From Bacilli bacterium (GTDB lineage: Bacteria > Bacillota_I > Bacilli_A > RFN20 > CAG-826): a stretch of 64,000 bases of DNA. Made by a program: the position numbers and the translations under genes. The stretch covers positions 564,478 to 628,477 of the forward strand of contig JAFSOD010000004.1 in NCBI GenBank assembly GCA_017447165.1, read 5' to 3'. Below the pieces are notes generated by a model that worked only from the letters and a program-made list of their open reading frames with translations, ran no database searches and had not been told where the DNA came from. Below, in pieces: positions 27,998-37,119 of this stretch (positions are counted from its first letter, which is position 1; each line of letters opens with the position of its first letter).

Positions 27998-28936
27998 ATG
28001 ATACCAAACGAATTTAAATATTTTTGTCAAAACGAAATGCATCTACCTTACGCAGACGATTCTTGCGTTACATCAGTTAAGAGCAGTATTTTTAGTTGCC
28101 TTATTCATGATAGCTGTTATTTCAGCAACGACATTAAAAAATCAAATATCATAGCGAATTGTATTTTTATTTTTTTATTGGATCGACCATTCTACAACAG
28201 ATCTGATTATTGGTATTTTTATTATGAAGAAAATAATACACCAGGTAACGGACGCCGCATTAATACATATCAGTTATTTCTTAAATATCCAATAAATGTT
28301 ATAGGCAAAACAGATTTATGCTTAAAACTTATTGGCTTGCACCTTGGAAATATTTCGAAAGACATTTCAAACACTTTTATAGAAAGACATTACCGTATTT
28401 TTTTACCAGAAGATAAACTCACTGGTTATTACACAATGTTAGATTTCTTGGTTCAACGCGGATTAATTTTTAATTATAAGCTTACTGTTGAAGGGTGGAA
28501 AAGATTTGATGAAATAACAAACAAGAACACTTCATCAAATCAATTGTTTATAGCAAGCCAATTTGAAGGATTCGATGAAATAATTGGTGTGGTTAAAGAC
28601 TCTGTTATAGAGTGTGGCTATTCACCAGTTTACATGAAAGATCACCAAACGAATAACTATATAATGCCTGAGATTTTTTCTTTAATAGATAATAGCAAAG
28701 CTGTTATCGGAGAAATATCATCAAATAATAATGGTGTATATTTTGAAATTGGTTATGCAAAAGGCAAAGGAATAGATGTTATTTTGATATGCAAAGCTCA
28801 GCGAGATGATAGCGGAAAATTAATAACTAAAACACATTTTGATGTTTCTCAAATTTCTATTATTTACTATGACGATAAAGAAGATTTAAAGAAAAAACTA
28901 ACGTTTAGAATCGAAAATACAATAAGCAAGAGTTAA
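27998..28936 (+). CDS. hypothetical protein with a C-terminal nucleoside 2-deoxyribosyltransferase-like (SLOG/Rossmann) domain
   Basis: The C-terminus QLFIASQFEGFDEIIGVV...NYIMPEIFSLIDNSKAVIGEISSNNNGVYFEIGYAKGKGIDVILIC resembles the NDT-family core with its catalytic Glu (E[LI]GYA). N-terminal 180 aa unrecognised. Confidence 0.4.
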   Translation: MIPNEFKYFCQNEMHLPYADDSCVTSVKSSIFSCLIHDSCYFSNDIKKSNIIANCIFIFLLDRPFYNRSDYWYFYYEENNTPGNGRRINTYQLFLKYPINVIGKTDLCLKLIGLHLGNISKDISNTFIERHYRIFLPEDKLTGYYTMLDFLVQRGLIFNYKLTVEGWKRFDEITNKNTSSNQLFIASQFEGFDEIIGVVKDSVIECGYSPVYMKDHQTNNYIMPEIFSLIDNSKAVIGEISSNNNGVYFEIGYAKGKGIDVILICKAQRDDSGKLITKTHFDVSQISIIYYDDKEDLKKKLTFRIENTISKS

Positions 28937-29046
28937 ATAGCGTATCAACTAATGTTTGCTTTTTAGCATAAATTTCATACATCTTTAAATATAATGTTTT
29001 ATAGAATTAGGTGCCATTTTGTCACAATAGTTATATAATAGTGAAC

Positions 29047-30450
29047 ATGACACTAAAAGAATTAAGAAAATTAAAGAATCTAACACAGTTAGAAGCATCT
29101 GAGATTACAGGTGTACCACTCCGCTCATATAAGCGTTTAGAAAGTGATGAGAAGTATGTTTCATCACTTAAATATAAACAAGCATATTCTATATTAAAGG
29201 GCCATAGTGGCACTTTTATTGATGATATTAAATTATCATCTAAAACTATTTCTGTTGCGGGTACTGGCTATGTCGGTTTATCTAATGCGATTATCTTATC
29301 GCAACATAATAAAGTATACGCAGTAGATGTAGTTCCTTCTAAAGTTGAACTAATTAACTCTAAGAAATCTCCTATAGTAGATAAAGAGATAGATGAGTAT
29401 TTAGCTACTAAGGAATTAGATTTAGTGGCAACATTAGATGGTGATAAGGCTTATAAAGAATCTGAAATAGTGATTATTGCTACTCCTACTAACTATGATA
29501 GTGTGACTAATAAGTTTGATACCTCTAGCGTAGAATCTGTTATTGAACAAGTTAAAAGAGTGAATCCTAATGCTTGGATCATTGTTAAATCAACAGTGGG
29601 TGTTGGCTTTACTAGATATGTTAGAGAGAAATATAACTATGACAAGATATTATTCTCTCCAGAGTTCTTAAGAGAAGGCAAAGCCTTATATGATAACTTA
29701 TATCCATCTCGTATCGTGGTGGGTGTACCAGAAAAAGTAGAACCTTATTTATCTAAAGCAAAAGAGTTTGCTGCTTTATTAAAACAAGGTGCACTTAAAC
29801 CTAATGTTGATGTGCATATCTTAGGATATACAGAAGCAGAGGCTGTTAAGTTATTCGCTAATACTTATTTAGCGCTTAGAGTCGCATATTTTAATGAATT
29901 AGATACTTTTGCCCAAACCAAAGGTTTAGATACCTTAGATATTATTAAAGGAGTATGTGGAGATCCTAGAATTGGTGATTTCTATAATAATCCATCCTTT
30001 GGGTATGGAGGATATTGCTTACCTAAAGACACTAAAGAGTTAAGAGCGAACTTTGAAGATGTACCAGAAAATCTTATTTCTGCGATCGTGGAATCTAATA
30101 GAACTAGAAAACAATTTATTTGTGATGATGTATTAAGAAAAGCGGGATATAAGAATGATGGTAAAGACGATATTACTGTTGGTATATATAGACTTACCAT
30201 GAAAAGTGGTAGTGATAACTTTAGACAATCCTCTATTCAAGGGGTGATGAAACGCTTACACGCGAAAGGTGTGAGAATAGTTATTTATGAACCAACACTT
30301 AAAGATGAAGAATTCTTTAACTGTAAGGTTATAAAAGACTTTGATAGCTTTAAGTCTATGAGTAAGGTGATTATCGCTAATAGATATGATTCATCTTTAG
30401 ATGATGTTAAAGATAAAGTCTACACAAGAGACTTATTAAGGAGAGATTAA
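29047..30450 (+). CDS. ugd: UDP-glucose 6-dehydrogenase with an in-frame N-terminal XRE-type helix-turn-helix extension
   Basis: [19 protein letters not shown] (NAD-binding) and the catalytic [14 protein letters not shown] motif. The N-terminal 60 aa [31 protein letters not shown] are HTH_XRE-like. The ATG at 29047 is preferred over the track GTG at 29011. A TATAAT box lies 8 nt upstream, suggesting a leaderless mRNA. Confidence 0.75.
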   Translation: MTLKELRKLKNLTQLEASEITGVPLRSYKRLESDEKYVSSLKYKQAYSILKGHSGTFIDDIKLSSKTISVAGTGYVGLSNAIILSQHNKVYAVDVVPSKVELINSKKSPIVDKEIDEYLATKELDLVATLDGDKAYKESEIVIIATPTNYDSVTNKFDTSSVESVIEQVKRVNPNAWIIVKSTVGVGFTRYVREKYNYDKILFSPEFLREGKALYDNLYPSRIVVGVPEKVEPYLSKAKEFAALLKQGALKPNVDVHILGYTEAEAVKLFANTYLALRVAYFNELDTFAQTKGLDTLDIIKGVCGDPRIGDFYNNPSFGYGGYCLPKDTKELRANFEDVPENLISAIVESNRTRKQFICDDVLRKAGYKNDGKDDITVGIYRLTMKSGSDNFRQSSIQGVMKRLHAKGVRIVIYEPTLKDEEFFNCKVIKDFDSFKSMSKVIIANRYDSSLDDVKDKVYTRDLLRRD

Positions 30451-30451
30451 C

Positions 30452-31477
30452 ATGAGCAGCAAAAAGGCCTTCGTTATTTTATCTTTTGTTGGGTTTGTTT
30501 CTTTGTGTGGACTTGTTATAGCTGACATTTGCTTACATTTTTTAAATAACATAGATTCGTTGATTATTCGACTTTTAGAGTTGATTTTTGGTTGTTTAAC
30601 ATCCGCATCAATTTCTTTAACGGTATCATTTTCTAATAATATAAAACAAACAGTAAAGTCTAATTCTGGCACAATAACAAATATTACATATAACCATTCG
30701 CCAATATCCGATCTTGGTCTTATGCTTCCAACATGCACTCCGGTCCAATTAAAGAACGAATTAATTAAGGTTGGAAATGACCTTGAAATATTGAAAAAAG
30801 AGAACGTAGAAAATATTGTCAATTTAGTGTATGAAAGAATTAAAGAAAGCGACTCGATTCATCCAATTGACTTGAACTTTGTGTTAAAATACATTGACTG
30901 TGCATCTACTATTTCAGATAAAGATATTCAAAAAATATGGGCTGAATTACTTGTTTCGAAAGTGATCGATGGAGTGACAACATCAAAAAGGCTACTTGAT
31001 ACTATAAAAAATCTATCTTCCTATGAAGCGAAATTGTTTGAAAAGGTTGCCATACTTTGTACACCCGAAGGTGTATTATTTGAAAATTTTAAAGAAGATT
31101 TTTCTTTTGAAGAATTATCTACTTTGACCGAAGCTGGACTCATTAAACCACACGATTTATTGACTGATACATTTCATCTTGCACCCAGAACCAACAAAAC
31201 TGTTCTCGTTAAAAGTGACTCTATTGTTATTTTAGGCTCAAATGATTCTGAAAAAGAAAAAGAACTATCATATTCTTGCTCGATGTTAACCACGGAAGGT
31301 ATTATATTAAAGAAAATATTAAAGCTAAAAATTGATGATAGTAGTATGATAAAACTTGCTTTAGAAATGAAAAAAGTTGCTTCAAGAGAGGGTGTAAAAA
31401 TATCTGCCCACAGCATAAATTTCACAACCCAAAATGGTTTGAATTATAAACTTGAAGATTTGATTGGTAATAAATAA
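30452..31477 (+). CDS. hypothetical protein with N-terminal hydrophobic segments, inserted between ugd and the epimerase
   Basis: N-terminus AFVILSFVGFVSLCGLVIADICLHF...FGCLTSASISLTV followed by a ~250 aa soluble region with no recognised motif. Confidence 0.4.
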   Translation: MSSKKAFVILSFVGFVSLCGLVIADICLHFLNNIDSLIIRLLELIFGCLTSASISLTVSFSNNIKQTVKSNSGTITNITYNHSPISDLGLMLPTCTPVQLKNELIKVGNDLEILKKENVENIVNLVYERIKESDSIHPIDLNFVLKYIDCASTISDKDIQKIWAELLVSKVIDGVTTSKRLLDTIKNLSSYEAKLFEKVAILCTPEGVLFENFKEDFSFEELSTLTEAGLIKPHDLLTDTFHLAPRTNKTVLVKSDSIVILGSNDSEKEKELSYSCSMLTTEGIILKKILKLKIDDSSMIKLALEMKKVASREGVKISAHSINFTTQNGLNYKLEDLIGNK

Positions 31478-32499
31478 TGTATATTTTAGTCACAGGTGCA
31501 GCGGGTTTTATTGGTTCATTCCTAGCCAAGAAATTATTAGAAAGAACTGATCATGAGATTGTTGGGGTTGATAACCTTAATGACTATTATGATGTGTCTT
31601 TAAAAGAAGAAAGATTAAAGATGTTGTCTCCTTTTAAGAACTTTAAGTTCGTTAAAGGCGATATATCAGATAAAGCATTTATCGATAAATTATTTGAGGA
31701 ATATCGTTTTGATATTGTTGTTAATTTAGCGGCGCAAGCAGGGGTGAGATACTCTATCGATCATCCTGATGTTTATATTAATTCCAATATTATTGGATTT
31801 TATAACATATTAGAAGCTTGTAGATATCATATGCCTAAACATTTAGTGTACGCTTCTAGTTCTTCTGTATATGGAGGAAACACTAAAGTTCCATTTAGTA
31901 CAGAAGATAAGGTAGATAATCCAGTTAGTTTATATGCGGCTACTAAGAAATCTAATGAATTATTAGCCCATGCTTATTCTAAGTTATATAACATACCTAC
32001 TACTGGATTAAGATTCTTTACAGTATACGGCCCAATGGGTAGACCTGATATGGCGTATTTCTCATTTACTAATAAACTTATTAAAGGAGAGACTATTGAG
32101 ATCTTTAATTATGGTAACTGTAAAAGAGATTTTACTTATGTAGATGATATTGTGGAAGGCATTATCAAGGTTATGGGTAAAGCACCTTCTAAAAAAGATG
32201 GAGAAGATGGATTACCTATTCCTCCATATAAAATCTATAACATTGGTAATAATAACCCTGAGAACTTATTAGACTTTGTTGAGATATTGTCTGAAGAGTT
32301 AGTAAGAGCAGGAGTATTACCTAAAGATTATGATTTTGAATCTCATAAGAAATTGGTGGCGATGCAAAAAGGTGATGTCCCTATTACTTACGCAGATACA
32401 TCTGATTTAGAAAGAGATTTTGGATATAAACCTTCTACATCTTTAAGAGACGGATTAAGAAGATTCGCTGAGTGGTATTATTCCTATTATATTAAATAG
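31477..32499 (+). CDS. UDP-glucuronate 4-epimerase (NAD-dependent epimerase, Cap1J/WbnF-like)
   Basis: MYILVTGAAGFIGSFLAKKLL...VDNLNDYYDVSLKEERL...YASSSSVYG...YAATKK is the typical GlcA/GalA epimerase subfamily sequence. Confidence 0.8.
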   Translation: MYILVTGAAGFIGSFLAKKLLERTDHEIVGVDNLNDYYDVSLKEERLKMLSPFKNFKFVKGDISDKAFIDKLFEEYRFDIVVNLAAQAGVRYSIDHPDVYINSNIIGFYNILEACRYHMPKHLVYASSSSVYGGNTKVPFSTEDKVDNPVSLYAATKKSNELLAHAYSKLYNIPTTGLRFFTVYGPMGRPDMAYFSFTNKLIKGETIEIFNYGNCKRDFTYVDDIVEGIIKVMGKAPSKKDGEDGLPIPPYKIYNIGNNNPENLLDFVEILSEELVRAGVLPKDYDFESHKKLVAMQKGDVPITYADTSDLERDFGYKPSTSLRDGLRRFAEWYYSYYIK

Positions 32500-32521
32500 C
32501 AATTACTTAAGTTAATTATTT

Positions 32522-32550
32522 GCCCATATTATTTATATGGGCTTTTTTAT
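32522..32550 (+). terminator. rho-independent terminator after the epimerase gene
   Basis: gcccatat-tattta-tatgggc followed by tttttt. Confidence 0.6.
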
Positions 32551-32678
32551 AAATATCAAAAGACTAGTTCTTAATTTAATATTGGTATCTATTTTAAAAT
32601 AACTAATCTATTGACATAAAAGTGATCTATAATTAAAATATATTTGTTCAAAAAACTTGAACTAACGGAGGTGTTACT

Positions 32679-33836
32679 ATGGTTATCTTGGATTTAAAAT
32701 TAAACAATGTTTTAGGTTTTAAAGACATTCATTTCAATTTTACATATCCGAAGAAATTAAGAAAGAATTCTTTGGGAGAAGAGTGCTTAAAAGGAGTCCC
32801 TAATTTCAGATATAAAAAAGTTAATGTCGTTATGGGTAGCAATTCTAATGGAAAATCATCTTTGGGCAAAACTATCTGGGGGCTCTGTTTATTTTTTCGT
32901 AAAAAAGAAAGTAACAATCTTATTAAGTTGATGTCTGATGGTTCTGATTCAATGAATATATCAATTGATTATGTTTGTGCATCAGAAACTCAAAAATATA
33001 TTTTAAACAGAGTGGCTATCAGAGTGAAAAAAGATGAAAATTTAACTACTGGATACAGTATTAAAATGGATTATGATTGTGTTACCCTTAGAGGTGACGA
33101 CACTTACGAAACAGCCTGTAAAAATTTAGTTAGAAAAATTTATAATTTGGATTATTTAGACTGCTTAAATGCAATTTCCCATTCCGACGGATGGTTTATT
33201 GCAATGCCAATTACTGAGACAGGTTTTGATAAATTTGAATTGGAACTTGAAAAGCCAAACAGAGAACTGTTTTCAAATATATTATTTAAAGTTTTGAATA
33301 CACTTGACCCCAATATTCAGTCTTCTACAGTTAGTAACGAAATTGATGATGCATATATTATCAAATTTGATGATGGAAAAAATACCATTGTCAAATCTGG
33401 TGATCGAATAACTGATATTAGATATTTGTCCAGCGGAACAAAATATGGTTTTATAATTGCAACTGTCATTTATTCAATTGGAAAGCAACATAATGGTTTG
33501 TTTTATATTGATGAGCTTTTTTCTTATGTTGATTCTGATATAGAAATCGCAATATTAAATTTAATGATTTCGCTACTTGGGGATTGCGAGCAACTATTTT
33601 TTTCAACACACAACTCTGAAGTTTTATTACTCCCATATCCTTTACATTCGTTTATGTTTTTAGGGAAAGAAAAAGTCGATGATCAAATTAAGATTAAGAC
33701 CATTTGTGCGTCAGATGTTGAAAAGAGAAATAATGTCGTTGTAAAGAATTTATACGATAATGACTATTTCGATATTTCGCCAGATTCTTCCAGAATTTTT
33801 GAGATTGAGGAGTTATTTGATAATGGGGAACAATAA
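32679..33836 (+). CDS. ABC/OLD-family (AAA_15/21-like) ATPase; first gene of a three-gene operon
   Basis: RecF-like N-terminus ILDLKLNNVLGFKDIHFNF...VNVVMGSNSNGKSSLGKTIW (Walker A). C-terminal LFYIDELFSYVD (Walker B/D-loop) and FFSTHNSEVL (H-loop). A GGAGGTG RBS lies 7 nt upstream. Confidence 0.6.
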   Translation: MVILDLKLNNVLGFKDIHFNFTYPKKLRKNSLGEECLKGVPNFRYKKVNVVMGSNSNGKSSLGKTIWGLCLFFRKKESNNLIKLMSDGSDSMNISIDYVCASETQKYILNRVAIRVKKDENLTTGYSIKMDYDCVTLRGDDTYETACKNLVRKIYNLDYLDCLNAISHSDGWFIAMPITETGFDKFELELEKPNRELFSNILFKVLNTLDPNIQSSTVSNEIDDAYIIKFDDGKNTIVKSGDRITDIRYLSSGTKYGFIIATVIYSIGKQHNGLFYIDELFSYVDSDIEIAILNLMISLLGDCEQLFFSTHNSEVLLLPYPLHSFMFLGKEKVDDQIKIKTICASDVEKRNNVVVKNLYDNDYFDISPDSSRIFEIEELFDNGEQ

Positions 33837-34341
33837 TTTAATTCAGTATTTTGTAGAAGGTGAATGTGAGGAAAAATTTATTAATGTTTTCAAAACCGGC
33901 AGCGATGCTTTTTTAAAGGCTGGTAAAGTTGAAGTTTTGAATCCTGTCAATAAGATTATAACCGAGGCTAGAGCGAGAACTATTAAGCAAAATACAACTG
34001 TTGTTCTTGTATATGACATAGACAAAGGAAATATAGATGTTTTGCTTAGCAACATCAAAACACTTAAAAACCACTCTTTAACAAAAATTATTCACATTCA
34101 GTCAGTAATGAATTTTGAAGATGAAATAGTAAGATCAACTAGTATTAACTCTATTGATGAAATGTTTTCCACGAAAGGAGTGGAAAATTTTAAGGAAAAA
34201 TTTATTGGTCATAAGAATATTAAGTCTAAATTGGAAAAAGTAAAATTTGATAATTCTATTTTTTGGTCTAAAGTCTATAGAAATGGCCAATTTAAGGATT
34301 TCGCAATTAAGGGTTCGATAAAAAACATAAGAAAAGAATAA
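33823..34341 (+). CDS. small Toprim-like domain protein (AriB/OLD-C-terminal-like) that overlaps the ATPase gene
   Basis: Conserved Glu in LIQYFVEGECEEKF and a DxD in VVLVYDIDKGNIDVL, spaced as in Toprim. The ATG at 33823 overlaps the ATPase stop by 14 nt. Confidence 0.45.
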   Translation: MGNNNLIQYFVEGECEEKFINVFKTGSDAFLKAGKVEVLNPVNKIITEARARTIKQNTTVVLVYDIDKGNIDVLLSNIKTLKNHSLTKIIHIQSVMNFEDEIVRSTSINSIDEMFSTKGVENFKEKFIGHKNIKSKLEKVKFDNSIFWSKVYRNGQFKDFAIKGSIKNIRKE

Positions 34342-34368
34342 TCAAAGCGCGGAAAGGAGCAAAACAAA

Positions 34369-34977
34369 ATGGAAAGACATAAAGTGTTTATAAGTTATTA
34401 TCATAAAGACCAGTCATATAAGGATTTGATTTGTGATGTTTGGAATTCTAATCAAGAGTTATTTGACGATTATTCTGTAGGGTTTGGAGACATTGATGAC
34501 ACAAACAAATCTGATGAAACAATTCGCAAAATTATTAGAGATGAATATATTGCTGATGCCACTGTCCTTCTTTTGCTATGCGGCCCTGAAACAAAAACCA
34601 GGAAATATATCGATTGGGAATTACATGCCGCCATGTACAATACAGAAAATAATCCAAAAATGGGCATTGTGGTTATTAATTTACCCAATTCTAGGAATGG
34701 TGTTAGAGCGCCAACGGATCGAGAAAAAGAAATAGTTGCTCCAAACAGTAACTGGACTTCGTTTGACACAAGAAAAGAATTCGAAGAAAGATATCCTTCA
34801 GCGCCATCTAGAATTATTGATTCTTTATACAAATGTCATTCAGATATTACTTTTGTGGATTGGAGCACCATAAATAATAATCATTTGTTACTAAAAGAAT
34901 TAATTGACTATGCTTTTAAAAGAAAAGATGAGATTGAATATGATACATCAGCTACATTGAGGAGAAAAAATAGTTAA
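34369..34977 (+). CDS. TIR-like domain protein (ThsB/DUF1863-like)
   Basis: HKVFISYYHKDQSYKDLICDVWNS...ATVLLLLCGPETKTRKYIDWELHAA follows the ThsB-type TIR-like pattern (F[FI]S[FY]H..D; vLIG.eT..s.wV.wEi..A). An AAGGAG RBS is present. Confidence 0.6.
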   Translation: MERHKVFISYYHKDQSYKDLICDVWNSNQELFDDYSVGFGDIDDTNKSDETIRKIIRDEYIADATVLLLLCGPETKTRKYIDWELHAAMYNTENNPKMGIVVINLPNSRNGVRAPTDREKEIVAPNSNWTSFDTRKEFEERYPSAPSRIIDSLYKCHSDITFVDWSTINNNHLLLKELIDYAFKRKDEIEYDTSATLRRKNS

Positions 34978-35234
34978 TCTATATATAATGACGTATTATC
35001 TATACAAACGTAATTTAAATATTTAGTAAAAAATTTAAAAAAAGAAAGCAAATATATAAGTTTATTGTTCCTACGCTTTTGAGGTTTGCTGTACAAAATT
35101 TATAAAACAAATACTTATAGTGCCAGTAGCACTTTTATTGTTAATAAAAAACCAATATAAATGATTACAAATTAACAAAACATAATTAGCATTTTATCTA
35201 ATTATGATATAATTTGTCGCAAGGGGTTAAAATT

Positions 35235-37046
35235 ATGCAAGCATTAATGTTAGCAGCTGGCTTAGGAAAAAGACTAGCCAAATATACAAAAGATAACACC
35301 AAATGTATGGTGGAAGTCGCTGGTCAAAAGTTAATTGATCGCGCGATTACCGCTATTAAAAAAGCAGGTATTAAAAGATTCGTCATTGTTACTGGATATA
35401 AAGGTGACAATTTAAAGAAATATATTTTAGATAATTATGAAGGCCAATTAGACTTTGTTTTTATTGATAACAAAGACTATGCGACCACCAATAATATCTT
35501 CTCTTTCTATTTAGCCAAAGAAGAATTAAAGAAAGATGACGTTATCTTACTAGAAAGCGATATCATCTTTGATGAAGACTTAATTAAAGATGTCTTAGAA
35601 AGCGAAGACAAAGATATTGTTACAGTCGCTAAATATGAATCTTGGATGGATGGAACATGCGTTACTTTAGATGAAAATAACTGCATTAAAAAGTTCATCG
35701 AAAAAGCTAGATTCCTATATGAATTCATCGATAAATATTATAAGACAGTGAACATCTATAAATTCTCTAAAGAATTTGTGAATAACATCTATATCCCATT
35801 CTTAGAGACTTATATGAAGATGTATGGTCTAAATTGTTATTATGAGACTCCACTTAAATATATTTGTAAATTACCAGAGATCTCCTTTAAAGCGTTCACT
35901 ATGGATGATCGACCATGGTATGAAATCGATGATGCGCAAGATTTAGATATCGCGACTGTCTTATTCTCCAATGGAGAAGATAAACTCAAATTAATTGAAA
36001 AGAAGTTTGGTGGCTATTGGAGATTCCCAGGACACTTAGATTTCTGTTATTTAGTGAATCCATATTTCCCACCTAAAGAAATGGTGGCGAAACTCCAATA
36101 TGAACTTCCAACCCTATTAACTCAATATCCTTCGGGATTATCCGTCCAAAATATGAACGCCGGTAGATTATATAATGTTGATGAGAATCATATCTTTGTG
36201 GGGAACGGCGCAGCTGAACTAATTAACGCGCTAGGACATGTCTCTAAAGGTAAGAAAGTCGCTGTCAATTTACCAGCATTTAACGAATATGTGAGATGTT
36301 TCAAAGAATCAGAGATTATTGAGATCGATAACTCTAAATTTGATTATCAGTTAAATTTATCAGCGATTAAATCGGCGATTGATAAAGCGGATATCACTGT
36401 CATCATTTCTCCAGATAACCCTTCTGGATACATGCTCAAAAAAGAAGAAATCGTAGAACTTGCGGAATACTCTAAAGCCAAAGGCCATAAATTAGTGGTG
36501 GATGAATCCTTCGTGGACTTCGCTAGAGACAAAATTAGATTTACTTTATTAGATGACGATTTTATCAATAAATATCCAAATGTCATCGTTGTGAAATCCA
36601 TCTCTAAATCTTATGGAGTGCCTGGCTTAAGACTTGGTTTACTCGCTACAAGTGACACTAAGCTATTAAAAGAGCTCAAACAAGAAATGCAGGTTTGGAA
36701 TATTAATTCCTTTGCGGAATATTATCTTCAAATCTATCAACTCTTTTCTAAGAGCTACGCTGAAGCGTGTGATAAGATCGTGGAAGCTAGAGAAGAATTT
36801 GTTAGCAAACTCAAAGAGTTTAAAGGATTTAAAGTCTATCCTAGTGAGGCCAACTTTGTAATGGTTGATACTGGAAAAGTTAGTTCTCATGAACTCGCTA
36901 TTGAGTTACTTAATAAATACAAACTCATCATTAAAGACTTATCTAGCAAGCATACTTTTGAAGGCAAAAACTTCATTAGACTCGCAGTGAGAAATAAAGA
37001 AGATAACGATTACTTAATTGACTGTTTAAAAGAAACGCTTAAGTAA
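35235..37046 (+). CDS. bifunctional protein: N-terminal sugar/alcohol-phosphate nucleotidyltransferase fused to a class I/II PLP-dependent aminotransferase/decarboxylase (HisC/CobD-like)
   Basis: N-terminus MQALMLAAGLGKRLAKYTKDNTKCMVEVAGQKLIDRAI is the NTP_transferase G-x-G-x-R motif. The C-terminus has DNPSGYMLKKEEIVELAEY...LVVDESFVDF...SISKSYGVPGLRLGLL, with the PLP lysine in SxSK. An AAGGGG RBS precedes the ATG at 35235. Confidence 0.65.
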   Translation: MQALMLAAGLGKRLAKYTKDNTKCMVEVAGQKLIDRAITAIKKAGIKRFVIVTGYKGDNLKKYILDNYEGQLDFVFIDNKDYATTNNIFSFYLAKEELKKDDVILLESDIIFDEDLIKDVLESEDKDIVTVAKYESWMDGTCVTLDENNCIKKFIEKARFLYEFIDKYYKTVNIYKFSKEFVNNIYIPFLETYMKMYGLNCYYETPLKYICKLPEISFKAFTMDDRPWYEIDDAQDLDIATVLFSNGEDKLKLIEKKFGGYWRFPGHLDFCYLVNPYFPPKEMVAKLQYELPTLLTQYPSGLSVQNMNAGRLYNVDENHIFVGNGAAELINALGHVSKGKKVAVNLPAFNEYVRCFKESEIIEIDNSKFDYQLNLSAIKSAIDKADITVIISPDNPSGYMLKKEEIVELAEYSKAKGHKLVVDESFVDFARDKIRFTLLDDDFINKYPNVIVVKSISKSYGVPGLRLGLLATSDTKLLKELKQEMQVWNINSFAEYYLQIYQLFSKSYAEACDKIVEAREEFVSKLKEFKGFKVYPSEANFVMVDTGKVSSHELAIELLNKYKLIIKDLSSKHTFEGKNFIRLAVRNKEDNDYLIDCLKETLK

Positions 37047-37050
37047 ATTA

Positions 37051-37076
37051 GAGGGAAGAAATTCCCTTTTCTTTTA
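37051..37076 (+). terminator. rho-independent terminator
   Basis: gagggaagaaattccctttt-ctttt. Confidence 0.5.
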
Positions 37077-37119
37077 ATGCTATATATCATTTCTCAATTA
37101 CTTTGATATAATTAGAGAA

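Noticed and set aside
23300-28940. Classifying the 23.3..28.9 kb region as an insertion sequence, integrative element or prophage remnant.
   Set aside because: No transposase, integrase, recombinase or phage structural gene is recognisable. Only duplicated target-gene ends are present, so it is described as an integration or recombination hotspot.
29011-29046. GTG start at 29011 for ugd, as listed in the ORF track.
   Set aside because: The GTG is part of the only purine-rich stretch (ttaggtg), so no RBS can precede it. The ATG at 29047 sits 8 nt after a TATAAT box, consistent with a leaderless start, and is preferred.
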